From Candidatus Woesearchaeota archaeon (lineage in GTDB: Archaea; Nanobdellota; Nanobdellia; Pacearchaeales; GW2011-AR1), in assembly GCA_964603295.1 (NCBI GenBank), contig CAZRUG010000011.1, positions 1 to 26,172 on the forward strand: a stretch of 26,172 nucleotides of DNA, written 5' to 3'. The position numbers and the translations under genes are program-made. Shown piece by piece: positions 1-8,361 of the stretch. The notes beneath the pieces were generated by a model. The model did no database searches, had not been told where the DNA came from, and saw nothing but the letters and a program-made list of their open reading frames with translations. Numbering within the stretch: position 1 is the first letter of the stretch; every line of letters begins with the position of its first letter.

Positions 1-5
1 AAAGA

Positions 6-401
6 ATGTTTTCTAAATTTAAAGAGAGTAAATTAAGAAAAGCTTATGGTGGTTGTAGTTATACTTTAGATCTTGCTAAATTTGTTGGTGGTGCAAAAAA
101 GATAAAGAGGGATTTAACTGATAAATTAGTTGATTGTATTGTAGACTTTGGAGAAATTTTTGAAAATGAAGTTAATACCCTGACAGATTACTTAGAAGAT
201 GGTTTTGGTGAGGACCAAGTTAGTTATACTGATGCTAATCTTATTGCTTCTGCAACTTATTTTTGTGAGCAAAATAATTGTACTGCCGCATTAATTTCAA
301 ATGATTTTGGTTTGTTAAAGACAAGCAAGTCTTTTAATCTTCCTGGCAAACCTGCTTTATTTTTTAGGGAAGAATTTGATTCTTTTAAGAGATTTTATTA
401 A
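6..401 (+). CDS. Hypothetical protein, possibly a PIN-like nuclease domain; may be 5'-truncated by the window edge
   Basis: 131-aa ORF. The frame stays open to position 3, so the true start may lie upstream. The segments TDANLIASA and ALISNDFGLL resemble the third and fourth acidic motifs of PIN domains. No N-terminal acidic motif is visible. Confidence 0.3.
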   Translation: MFSKFKESKLRKAYGGCSYTLDLAKFVGGAKKIKRDLTDKLVDCIVDFGEIFENEVNTLTDYLEDGFGEDQVSYTDANLIASATYFCEQNNCTAALISNDFGLLKTSKSFNLPGKPALFFREEFDSFKRFY

Positions 402-478
402 AAATTTTGAGTTTTTTACTTTACTGCTGATTTTCCTCTCTCTTTTCCGACTCCTAAACCTGCTCAGATTTTTACAAT

Positions 479-2920
479 TCACTCAGTAGAAACTTCGCTA
501 TTCTTTTTCGTAGATTTATTCGCCCACTCTGAATTAGTTGGACATTGTGGATTCCAGCAAAAAGTCCAAGGTCTTTTGCCTTTTGATAAACGCATTAACA
601 TTGGATAATTACATTCTTCGCAGTTTTTTTCTGGAAAAGGTTTTTTAATAATTCCATTTGGGGGAAGTGTGTAAGTATTTGTACAATTTGGATAAGCATC
701 ACATGCAACAAAAAATCTTCGTGTTTTTTTAGAATAATTAATAATTAAATCTCCTTGTTTACATTTTGGACAAGGCAATAATTTGTTTTCTTGTTTTTGT
801 TTTTCTCTATATTCAATATTTGCTTCAATTAATTCTTTACCAATTTCTTTTTCATTTTTTTTAAAATCTTTTGCAATTTTTGTAATTGTGCCTTGGGCTT
901 TTTCTAAAATCTCTTTTTCTTTTTCTAAAAATCCTTTTTTTGCATTTTCAATTTTTTGCATTTCTTTTTCAAAGTTTCTTGTTAATTCTTCGTCAATAAT
1001 AATTGGAGAGTGTTTTTCTAAAGTTTCAATTAATGAAATTCCTAAAGGAGTTGCTTCAACACTTTGGCCTTGAACATATCCTCTATCAAAAAGTGTTTCA
1101 ATAATTGTTGAACGAGTTGCTTTTGTTCCTAAGTTCTTTTTTTCTAATTGCGAAATTATTGAGGCTGGTGAATATCTTTTTGGCGGTTGTGTTTCTTTTT
1201 GTTCTGTTCGTAAATCAATAATGTCAACTTCACCTTCAAAATCTGGAATTTGGTTGTCTTTTAATTTAGAAGGATAAATTTCTAACCAAGCTTTTTTCTT
1301 AATTTCTTGTCCTTTTGCAGAAAATATTAATTCTGGTTTTTCAATTAAGTTTGCTTTTATTTTTTTATGATCTAATTCAGCGTCTTCACAGAATAGAGAT
1401 AAGAATCTTTTTACAATTAAATTATATATTTTGTCTTCATCACCTGAAAGAATTTGTGTGTTTCCTGTTGGATAAATTGACGGATGTGCTGGATCTGTTT
1501 TTTTACCTTGTATTGGTTTTTCTTTTTTCATTAAGTGTGATACATTGTAGGCTTTTGCTAATTTTTCTTTTATTGGTTTGTATTCAATTGAATCTGGAAG
1601 TTTTTGGGATGAAGTTCTTGGATAAGAAATTAAACCTGCTAAGTAAAGTGATTGTGATGCCTTGAGTGTATTTGCTGGTGTTATTCCATGGAACTTGTAG
1701 GCTTCTGTTTGAAGTGTTGTTAAATTAAATGGAACTGGAGGAGAAATTTTTTCAGATTTTTTTTCAGTTATAGCGTTTGCTTTTTTACCTATAATGTCTT
1801 TAAAGTTTTCTAAGAATTTTTTATCAAAAATATCTTTTATATATTTTAATTCTAATTTGTTTTTTGAATCTTTTATTGTTATAAAAACTTGCCAATATGT
1901 TTTTGGTTTAAATGCTTTGATTTCTTTTTCTTTTTTAACAATTAAGTTTAATGCTGGGCCTTGGACACGACCGATTGACATTATCTTGAATTTACCAGTT
2001 GTTTTAATTGCATTCATTAGTGCTCTTGATAAATTTATTCCATAATACCAATCTAAATAGTGCCGTGTTTCTCCTGCAATTGCTTGTCCCCAATTTATTG
2101 TTTTTAGTTTTGATTCATATGCTTGATTTAATTCTTTTGGTGTTAAGGTAGAGAATTTCATTCTATTTGCATCTGATTGTCCGCAAATATATTTGACTGC
2201 AGTCATACCGATAACTTCTCCTTCTACATCAAAGTCTGTTGCAATTGTTACTGAGCTTGCTCCTTTTGCAAGTTTTAGAATTGTATCAAAATATCTTTTT
2301 GTAAAGTCTTTTTTTCTAACTAAATAATTTGGGGTCCAAGAAATATCAAATGTTGGGACTTCTGTTCCAGTTACATTTTGGGAGAGTGTTAGTAAATGAC
2401 CAACTGCACAAGCAACTACAATTTTTTGTTTTTTGTGAGTTAATTCATAATAAGCTATTTTATTATTTTGTTTTTGTGTTGGTTTGTTTTTATCATCTAA
2501 GGCTGTTGCAATTTTATTTGCTGCTTGTGGCTTTTCAGTTATAATTAATTCATAACCTGATTTTTTTAATTTAATATTTGGGGGAGTAAATTTTGTTTTT
2601 TTAATTGATTTCTTTTTTGTTGTTTTTTTCTTAGTGGTTTTCTTTTTAGAATATTTTTTTCTTGTTATTTTTTTAACTTTTTTCTTATTTGATTGAATAA
2701 CTGTTTCAAGTTCACTTCTTGTGGGTTTATTGTATCTTTTTTCAACAGCTCCTTGGACAGATTCTATATTTGGAGAGGATTTAACTTTTCTTTCAGTCAG
2801 GTCTTTATAGTCAGGTATATCTTCCCTAACTTTTTTATCTGTAGTATCTTTTATATCTGATTCATCAACTGGAAAATATCCTTCAACTGTTTTATCTGTA
2901 TTTGATTTTCTTTTTTGCAT
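479..2920 (-). CDS. topA: DNA topoisomerase, type IA (TopA/Topo III-like), with C-terminal zinc ribbons and a Lys-rich N-terminal extension
   Basis: Toprim Glu (LIITEKPQ), acidic DxD-type motif (ATDFDVEGE) and active-site Tyr motif (GLISYPRTSSQKL). Two C-terminal Cys4 ribbons (CPKCK...CDAYPNC; CEECN...CWNPQC). About 120 aa of K/T-rich low-complexity sequence precede the Toprim domain. Confidence 0.9.
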   Translation of the reverse strand: MQKRKSNTDKTVEGYFPVDESDIKDTTDKKVREDIPDYKDLTERKVKSSPNIESVQGAVEKRYNKPTRSELETVIQSNKKKVKKITRKKYSKKKTTKKKTTKKKSIKKTKFTPPNIKLKKSGYELIITEKPQAANKIATALDDKNKPTQKQNNKIAYYELTHKKQKIVVACAVGHLLTLSQNVTGTEVPTFDISWTPNYLVRKKDFTKRYFDTILKLAKGASSVTIATDFDVEGEVIGMTAVKYICGQSDANRMKFSTLTPKELNQAYESKLKTINWGQAIAGETRHYLDWYYGINLSRALMNAIKTTGKFKIMSIGRVQGPALNLIVKKEKEIKAFKPKTYWQVFITIKDSKNKLELKYIKDIFDKKFLENFKDIIGKKANAITEKKSEKISPPVPFNLTTLQTEAYKFHGITPANTLKASQSLYLAGLISYPRTSSQKLPDSIEYKPIKEKLAKAYNVSHLMKKEKPIQGKKTDPAHPSIYPTGNTQILSGDEDKIYNLIVKRFLSLFCEDAELDHKKIKANLIEKPELIFSAKGQEIKKKAWLEIYPSKLKDNQIPDFEGEVDIIDLRTEQKETQPPKRYSPASIISQLEKKNLGTKATRSTIIETLFDRGYVQGQSVEATPLGISLIETLEKHSPIIIDEELTRNFEKEMQKIENAKKGFLEKEKEILEKAQGTITKIAKDFKKNEKEIGKELIEANIEYREKQKQENKLLPCPKCKQGDLIINYSKKTRRFFVACDAYPNCTNTYTLPPNGIIKKPFPEKNCEECNYPMLMRLSKGKRPWTFCWNPQCPTNSEWANKSTKKNSEVSTE

Positions 2921-2941
2921 TAATAAAAGAAGTAATTAAAG

Positions 2942-2949
2942 TATTTAAA
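2942..2949 (-). promoter_or_regulatory. TATA box (TTTAAATA on the minus strand) for topA
   Basis: TTTAAATA lies 21 nt upstream of the topA ATG. This spacing fits an archaeal leaderless or short-leader transcript. Confidence 0.4.
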
Positions 2950-3050
2950 TAATTTTAGAATAGGGTGTTTTTATTATTTCTAAGGAGATTTTGAAGTTTT
3001 AATACCCTTTTGCTACTCAAAATAATTTATTCTTATTAGTATATTTAATT

Positions 3051-6000
3051 TTAGTTAAACGGCACAATTCCATCATTATACCATCTTTGTGCAACAATGT
3101 TGGAGACATTACCTCTATTTCCAAGTTTTGCATTTGTCTCTGTAGATAGATCAATCAGATATTGATTGAACATATTATCTATGTTTAAATCCAATCTGTT
3201 ATTATAAGTTCTAAATTGCACAATTTCCCCTTCATCATTTAATGCAATAAGTTTTCTTCCAATAATTTCTCCATTCATTTCAGCGTACAAGACTTGTTTA
3301 TTTGAATCTACAGCATTAGCTACAGTTGAAAACGTATTTCCTTTTCCAAGCCCTAAGCAACTGCCAGAGACAACATTGCCCATCTGTAAAACTTTCAAGG
3401 GATTTTTCTCAGCATAAATAGTTACTTCTCCCATTTTGGAATTATAGGTCTGATTCTCAAGACTTTTTATTGCGTTTAGTTGAGTTTTCAAATCTCGTTT
3501 GACATCTTCCCCAATATCTGCCCTATATCTAAATTCTTTATAGAAATCAAAGATTGTTTCATCAGTTACTTCGATTCCATAATGAGTAAATAATCCAATA
3601 GCTTCATCTCTGTGATGTCTAATCTGAGTTTCTTTTTCAGCAACAATATCTTCAATCCTTTCTGAACTATATGTTCGAGTAATTCCTCCAACCCATTTAG
3701 ATGTATCAATCCCTTTTGAAGCATATCTTTGTAAGGCTTCTTGATTTTTGTCATCAGTATAGGGAATTGTTGAATTTCCTGTCACGGAATCTTTAATTAG
3801 ACCAGAAAGTAATTGTTTGTTATCATTAATTTGATGGTATGTAAGAATGCCATTGATTAAATCTTCATTAATTTCTGTTACTTGAACAGGTTCTCCCACA
3901 ATATCATCAAGTGCCTTTGAACAAGAGGTTAACATGGATGAATAAATTGCTGCAGATCTTTCATTACGCAATATTAAACCTATTTTGTCCTTCCTTTCAT
4001 CTAATCTTGTTCTCAAGATTTCATTTTCTGGATGCACTCTAGTTTCTGATTCATATCTTGATATCTGATCTTTTAATTTTGCTAAACTAAGAACTTTCTT
4101 GTCTTTAATTTTCTTTCCTTGTAATTGAACAAGGCTACAATAAGTTAAAATATCTGAATCTTCTGACAATCCTTGCTGTTCAACAGATTGAACTGCTTTT
4201 AAACCCAAATTATATTCGCTAATATTTTTACCATTATGAAAGATTCTCGAAATATTTCTATAGAATTGCTCATCTAAAATAGGTTTTACCAAACAAAGAT
4301 TACTTAATACATCATATCCTGCATTTGGTTGTTCTTGAAATAATTGATTTACGTGTCTATTCAAATCTTTGCTTTCTTCAATAACTGCTAAACCAGTTTG
4401 TAATAAATAGATTCTATTGGGTGATTTTTCTTTCTCGATAGTTTTCCTAACCAAGGGAATTAGAAGTTCGCTATCAATTGAATAAGTTCTTGATGCCAAT
4501 CCTTCTATTCCTTGTCTTCTTTGACCATCAAGCCAATTAAATCTCTCAGCTGTGTTCGTGTCATCCAATGCTCTAAAATATTCTGCGATATATTCGGTTT
4601 CGCCGACTATATTATCACTGTATACAAGACTGTCCAATAATCTTGCCTGCTCTGATTTTAAAACATCACAAACTGCCGATCCCCCAATTTGTTCATTGGT
4701 TGTATCAATAAAACGTCTAAATTCTTCAAAGTTGGAAACAACGTATCCAGTCACATCATCAATTTCAGTATCACTACTTCTGAATATTTGTTCTTTTACT
4801 TTCCTCAATCTTGTATTGAATTTTTCCCCATATTCTTGATCTTCCAATTGCGTTTGAACTACTTCTGCATCAAACCCTTTCAAATAGGCTATCAAGTTTG
4901 GTAAATCTTTTCTAACATTGTGAATATAATTTGAATCACTTTGCATAGATGTTGCTTCTTCACGAACTCTTTCTGAATCTCGACTAGTTTGAAGTAGGTC
5001 ATCAAGATTATCAAAATAATCACTAAGAGCCACCAAATCTCCTTTATAATCACTCAAATTGGTTGATCTCCATGAATTGATTTCAAGATGTTTTGTGAAT
5101 AATCTATAATGTTTTCTAAAATTTGATTTTGTGTTCCCATCTAGACCAATGTTCTTAGACAATATTTCAATTAGGGACTCTCTTTGTTTGCTTGTTTCAT
5201 TTGGGTTGCTTACAAAAGCAGCCCTTAATGAGAAATATTTTTCTCTTTCAGAACCATGTTCAAGGTAATGGCTACAAATCTTTGTTAAATTTTCTTTTAC
5301 TTTTTTGTAAACTGGATTATCTATCCATTTTTCTCCTTCTTGAAATTGAGGTTTATTGAATGTGGTCGGGTTTTCTCTAACATTCTTTATTACACTCATT
5401 AGTCCAGGGATTTCTAACTGTTTCACTTCTGATAATTGTTCGTTTGTTAAGGACGTGATATATTGTGCTCCAAGAGTGTTTCCTGAACTTGAACGAATTG
5501 ATAAGAAAGGTTGCTCCCCCGAATATCCTGGTTCTCTCCAGAAATTTAATATGTTATAGGCAACTGAGTCTGCGTCTTTAAACCAAAGAGCCTTATAACC
5601 AAGCATAACTGATTCATCGGTGTGTTCTGGTGTAACTAATAGTCTATCAAATACTTTCTGCCTAATCAAATCATTAAATGAGTCTAATACCCCAGAACCA
5701 TAAATTTCTCTAATACATGTATTATTTCTAAATACATCCCATTTTTCCATATTCAATTCATTAAGGAAATCAGCCTTTTCTGATCTCAATGAATGTTCAA
5801 TTTTCAGGGTTGTTCTTTCAAGATCTCCTATCTGACGAGTAATTGAATATGGCAAATTATCATCAGATCTGACTCTTAATATTTGCTCTTTAGCCGTTGA
5901 AAGTGATTCCAATAACTCTTTTTGTTGAATCTCAATAGGTACTTGAGTTAGGTAATCTGCAAATTCTGTAAATTCATCATTTGTAGTTTTACTACCTTCA

Positions 6001-6977
6001 ATGATACCTTTATTTACAATATTTCTTAATTCGTAAGGCAATGCATCAAGCTTTTCATTAAGAGATTTAGCTTTTTCTTTAAAATCCCTTGAATCATTAT
6101 AATTAGAATATATACTTTGATTTAACCCTTCTTTGAGAACAGATAAAGCTTCTTCTACTAGATTAGTATTTCCTAAGACATCTACAACCCCTCTTGCAAA
6201 AGGATTATCTCTTTTTTTGTTTTCTTTGAGTCTTGCATCGATTCTTGACATGAAATATTTAGAGATATAATCCTCTGTTAATGATTCAAGGATTGCGGGG
6301 TCAACTACTTTTTGTTCATAATCAGTTCTAACTAATTGGCTTGTTAATTTATCATATTGGGAAAATAATCTCCTTGCGAATTTGCTAAATAATTTACCCT
6401 GAGTTTCTTCAAAATTTATACTTTCAGAGAATCCAAATTCTCTAATTTGAACTCTATGATATTGAGTATGAGAAAGATTATAAAGCGATTTAATTCTAGA
6501 ACTCAAATTTTTAATTTGTCCTTTAAACCGAAGACCTCCAAGAAATTTTTGTCTTAAACTTGATCTCAGGGATGAAAGCTTTTCAATTTGCTTAGAAACT
6601 TCTTCGTAGCTCTCAAAACCTGATTCAGATAATATTCTTTGTTTATAATTATTATTCAATTTCTTTGCATTTTCTTCCATAACCTCAATAGATGATTTTG
6701 CTTTTTTGATCTCTTCAATAATTTGTTTTGCAGATTTAATTGTCTCCCTAGAATCTAAATCCAAAGGTTCTTCCACTAGTCTCTCTAACTCAGTCGTTCT
6801 TTTATTTATATAAGCGATATTTTGCTCAGAATCTTCACTCAATCCTTCTAATTCTAATTTAATCTGTTCAGATGTTTTTCCATCAATATCTATTGAAGTA
6901 GGAACAATTGTCTGGCTCAGGCCAAACATACCCCCAAGAGTATTTGCAATTTCCTCTAAGGTTTGCAAATTACTCAT
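3051..6977 (-). CDS. Very large (1308 aa) protein of unknown function, predicted cytoplasmic
   Basis: Uninterrupted 3.9-kb ORF with AGGAGG 7 nt upstream of the ATG. No signal peptide or TM-like hydrophobic run seen. N-terminal ~160 aa are charged and coiled-coil-like. No Walker, nuclease, protease or other catalytic signature recognised by eye. Confidence 0.85.
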   Translation of the reverse strand: MSNLQTLEEIANTLGGMFGLSQTIVPTSIDIDGKTSEQIKLELEGLSEDSEQNIAYINKRTTELERLVEEPLDLDSRETIKSAKQIIEEIKKAKSSIEVMEENAKKLNNNYKQRILSESGFESYEEVSKQIEKLSSLRSSLRQKFLGGLRFKGQIKNLSSRIKSLYNLSHTQYHRVQIREFGFSESINFEETQGKLFSKFARRLFSQYDKLTSQLVRTDYEQKVVDPAILESLTEDYISKYFMSRIDARLKENKKRDNPFARGVVDVLGNTNLVEEALSVLKEGLNQSIYSNYNDSRDFKEKAKSLNEKLDALPYELRNIVNKGIIEGSKTTNDEFTEFADYLTQVPIEIQQKELLESLSTAKEQILRVRSDDNLPYSITRQIGDLERTTLKIEHSLRSEKADFLNELNMEKWDVFRNNTCIREIYGSGVLDSFNDLIRQKVFDRLLVTPEHTDESVMLGYKALWFKDADSVAYNILNFWREPGYSGEQPFLSIRSSSGNTLGAQYITSLTNEQLSEVKQLEIPGLMSVIKNVRENPTTFNKPQFQEGEKWIDNPVYKKVKENLTKICSHYLEHGSEREKYFSLRAAFVSNPNETSKQRESLIEILSKNIGLDGNTKSNFRKHYRLFTKHLEINSWRSTNLSDYKGDLVALSDYFDNLDDLLQTSRDSERVREEATSMQSDSNYIHNVRKDLPNLIAYLKGFDAEVVQTQLEDQEYGEKFNTRLRKVKEQIFRSSDTEIDDVTGYVVSNFEEFRRFIDTTNEQIGGSAVCDVLKSEQARLLDSLVYSDNIVGETEYIAEYFRALDDTNTAERFNWLDGQRRQGIEGLASRTYSIDSELLIPLVRKTIEKEKSPNRIYLLQTGLAVIEESKDLNRHVNQLFQEQPNAGYDVLSNLCLVKPILDEQFYRNISRIFHNGKNISEYNLGLKAVQSVEQQGLSEDSDILTYCSLVQLQGKKIKDKKVLSLAKLKDQISRYESETRVHPENEILRTRLDERKDKIGLILRNERSAAIYSSMLTSCSKALDDIVGEPVQVTEINEDLINGILTYHQINDNKQLLSGLIKDSVTGNSTIPYTDDKNQEALQRYASKGIDTSKWVGGITRTYSSERIEDIVAEKETQIRHHRDEAIGLFTHYGIEVTDETIFDFYKEFRYRADIGEDVKRDLKTQLNAIKSLENQTYNSKMGEVTIYAEKNPLKVLQMGNVVSGSCLGLGKGNTFSTVANAVDSNKQVLYAEMNGEIIGRKLIALNDEGEIVQFRTYNNRLDLNIDNMFNQYLIDLSTETNAKLGNRGNVSNIVAQRWYNDGIVPFN

Positions 6978-7113
6978 TTTGAGCCTCCTTTAAGAATGAT
7001 TCAACAGCATGCTCTATTAAATGAATAGTATTTCTAAATACACTTACAGCGACTTTATCTTTAACTTTCTCGTGCAATTCCTTTTCCATTGAGATACTAA
7101 CTTTGATTTTCAT
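6970..7113 (-). CDS. Ribbon-helix-helix (CopG/Arc/MetJ-like) small DNA-binding protein, 47 aa; not in the supplied ORF track
   Basis: Hand translation: MKIKVSISMEKELHEKVKDKVAVSVFRNTIHLIEHAVESFLKEAQNE. It has the typical RHH layout: an N-terminal beta strand (KIKVSISM) followed by two helices. Its stop overlaps the 1308-aa gene start by 8 nt (ATGAGTAA). A TATA box lies 25 nt upstream of its ATG. Confidence 0.6.
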   Translation of the reverse strand: MKIKVSISMEKELHEKVKDKVAVSVFRNTIHLIEHAVESFLKEAQNE

Positions 7114-7121
7114 TCTATAAC

Positions 7122-7146
7122 GTGGCAAATTTTACCACTTTATAAA
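7122..7146 (-). promoter_or_regulatory. TATA box (TTTATAAA, 7139-7146) plus a 17-nt near-palindrome (7122-7138) between TATA and the RHH start
   Basis: Minus strand reads GGATTTATAAAGTGGTAAAATTTGCCACGTTATAGA-ATG. GTGGTAAAATTTGCCAC is a dyad with one mismatched pair. It sits where an autoregulatory RHH operator would be expected. Confidence 0.4.
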
Positions 7147-7210
7147 TCCTTCGAATATTTTACTACTTCAAAGTTAATATTAATAACATTGAACTCAGAA
7201 TTCAAAAACC

Positions 7211-7825
7211 TTAAATCTCAAAAATAACTGGGGTTCTTGAAACATTTATTACAGAGGTTTTTCCAACTTTTTCTTCAATTCCTCCTGCTTCGTGAATGTG
7301 TGCGCTGATTAAAATGTCTGGTTTGAATTCTTTTAGTGCTTTTTTAACTGCTTTGCTTCCTTGAAAACCTGAGAACTCTGCTAAACCTCTGTGATGATGC
7401 ATGTGGGTTACCATGATTTTCTTTTTTATGTTTTTTAATCCTTGATGACCTTTTTTTAGTGCTTCAAATATTTCTTTGTCTGGAGTTACATTTATTACAT
7501 CTCCCCCTCCTGCCCCAAAGATTCCTAAGTCTCCTGTTTTAAATGAATATCCATGGATGTGTTGTGTGTATGGTGCATACATTTGAGCTAAGAAATCTGA
7601 AGTTGCAATTGATTCGTGGTTGCCTGGGATTAAGAGGACTTTCTTTTTTGCTTTTGCAAAAGGACCAATTAAGTTTTTTGTTGATATTTCTGTAAGTGTT
7701 AAATCTCCTGCTAAAATAACTAAATCTACATCTTCTTTTTTTGCTTTTTGTGCAAGTTTTTTAACTAAACCTGTGTCTCCGTGAATGTCTCCGATTGCAA
7801 GTATTTTTGTTTTCTTTTTTGGCAT
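7211..7825 (-). CDS. Calcineurin-like metallophosphoesterase
   Basis: Motifs GDIHGD, GDLT, GNHE, THMHH and AHIHE appear in the canonical order. Confidence 0.85.
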   Translation of the reverse strand: MPKKKTKILAIGDIHGDTGLVKKLAQKAKKEDVDLVILAGDLTLTEISTKNLIGPFAKAKKKVLLIPGNHESIATSDFLAQMYAPYTQHIHGYSFKTGDLGIFGAGGGDVINVTPDKEIFEALKKGHQGLKNIKKKIMVTHMHHHRGLAEFSGFQGSKAVKKALKEFKPDILISAHIHEAGGIEEKVGKTSVINVSRTPVIFEI

Positions 7826-7958
7826 TTTATAATAAGTTGATTAGAATTAATAAGGGTTTTGTTATTTATTTAGTAATTTTAAAAAGGTTAATTTTTTTAC
7901 TCCTTTAAACTAATGAATTCGACGGGAAAAGGTTTAAAAGTAAAGTGTCATCTGAATA

Positions 7959-7990
7959 TATAGATTAAAACATATATGTTTTAATATATA
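7959..7990. promoter_or_regulatory. AT-rich 32-nt near-perfect palindrome in the divergent promoter region
   Basis: The core TTAAAACATATATGTTTTAA (7965-7984) is a perfect 20-nt palindrome. The flanks extend it to 32 nt with one mismatched pair. It ends 7 nt before the ATG of the wHTH gene. Confidence 0.4.
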
Positions 7991-7997
7991 GGTTGAA

Positions 7998-8273
7998 ATG
8001 GCAAAAAATAAAGATAACTTTGATATCTTTTTTAGGAGAAAGCCTTCGATGATGTTGGTATCTCTTAAAAAGAATGCGAGAATGCGTTATGGAAGTCTTC
8101 TTGCAAAAGAGGTTGATTGTACATACAGCCATGCTGTAAAAATTCTGCAAACACTTCAGGATTTGAGCCTTGTTGAGTTTGAAAAAAAAGGCAGGATAAA
8201 AGTGATTAAGTTGACAAAGAAAGGAAAAGGTGTTGCAGATGCAATTGAAAATATTCAGAATTTAATTAGATGA
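7998..8273 (+). CDS. Small winged-helix (ArsR/MarR/TrmB-like) transcriptional regulator
   Basis: 91 aa. The pattern YGSLLAKEVDCTYSHAVKILQTLQDLSLVEFEKKGRIKVIKLTKKG fits helix-turn-helix followed by a beta wing. Confidence 0.55.
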   Translation: MAKNKDNFDIFFRRKPSMMLVSLKKNARMRYGSLLAKEVDCTYSHAVKILQTLQDLSLVEFEKKGRIKVIKLTKKGKGVADAIENIQNLIR

Positions 8274-8361
8274 TTCTTAGACTTCCATTTAAAGGGGTGT
8301 GCCTAGTGGATAGTGTGTTAATCACAATAATCCTTAAAAACTAATTTTTGAATTATTAATT

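Noticed and set aside
783-2544. Plus-strand ORFs 783-1073, 1315-1665, 1794-2045 and 2329-2544, lying inside topA
   Set aside because: They are antisense shadow ORFs within a well-supported gene. Their translations are F/L/S-rich low-complexity sequence, typical of the reverse strand of AT-rich Lys/Glu-rich coding sequence.
3280-3400. P-loop or papain-like active site in the C-terminal patch of the 1308-aa protein (GSCLGLGKGNT)
   Set aside because: GLGKGN does not fit the Walker A pattern GxxxxGK[ST]. The GSC resembles the papain CGSCWAF motif only superficially, and no His occurs downstream to complete a catalytic dyad.
3566-5559. Small ORFs nested in or antisense to the 1308-aa gene (3566-3754, 4552-4839, 4689-4904, 5356-5559)
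   Set aside because: They are fully contained in the long ORF, in other frames or on the other strand. None has a motif, an SD or a plausible promoter.
7965-8150. 61-aa minus-strand ORF overlapping the wHTH gene and the palindrome
   Set aside because: It is antisense to a better-supported gene and ends within the AT-rich palindrome. Its sequence does not look protein-like.
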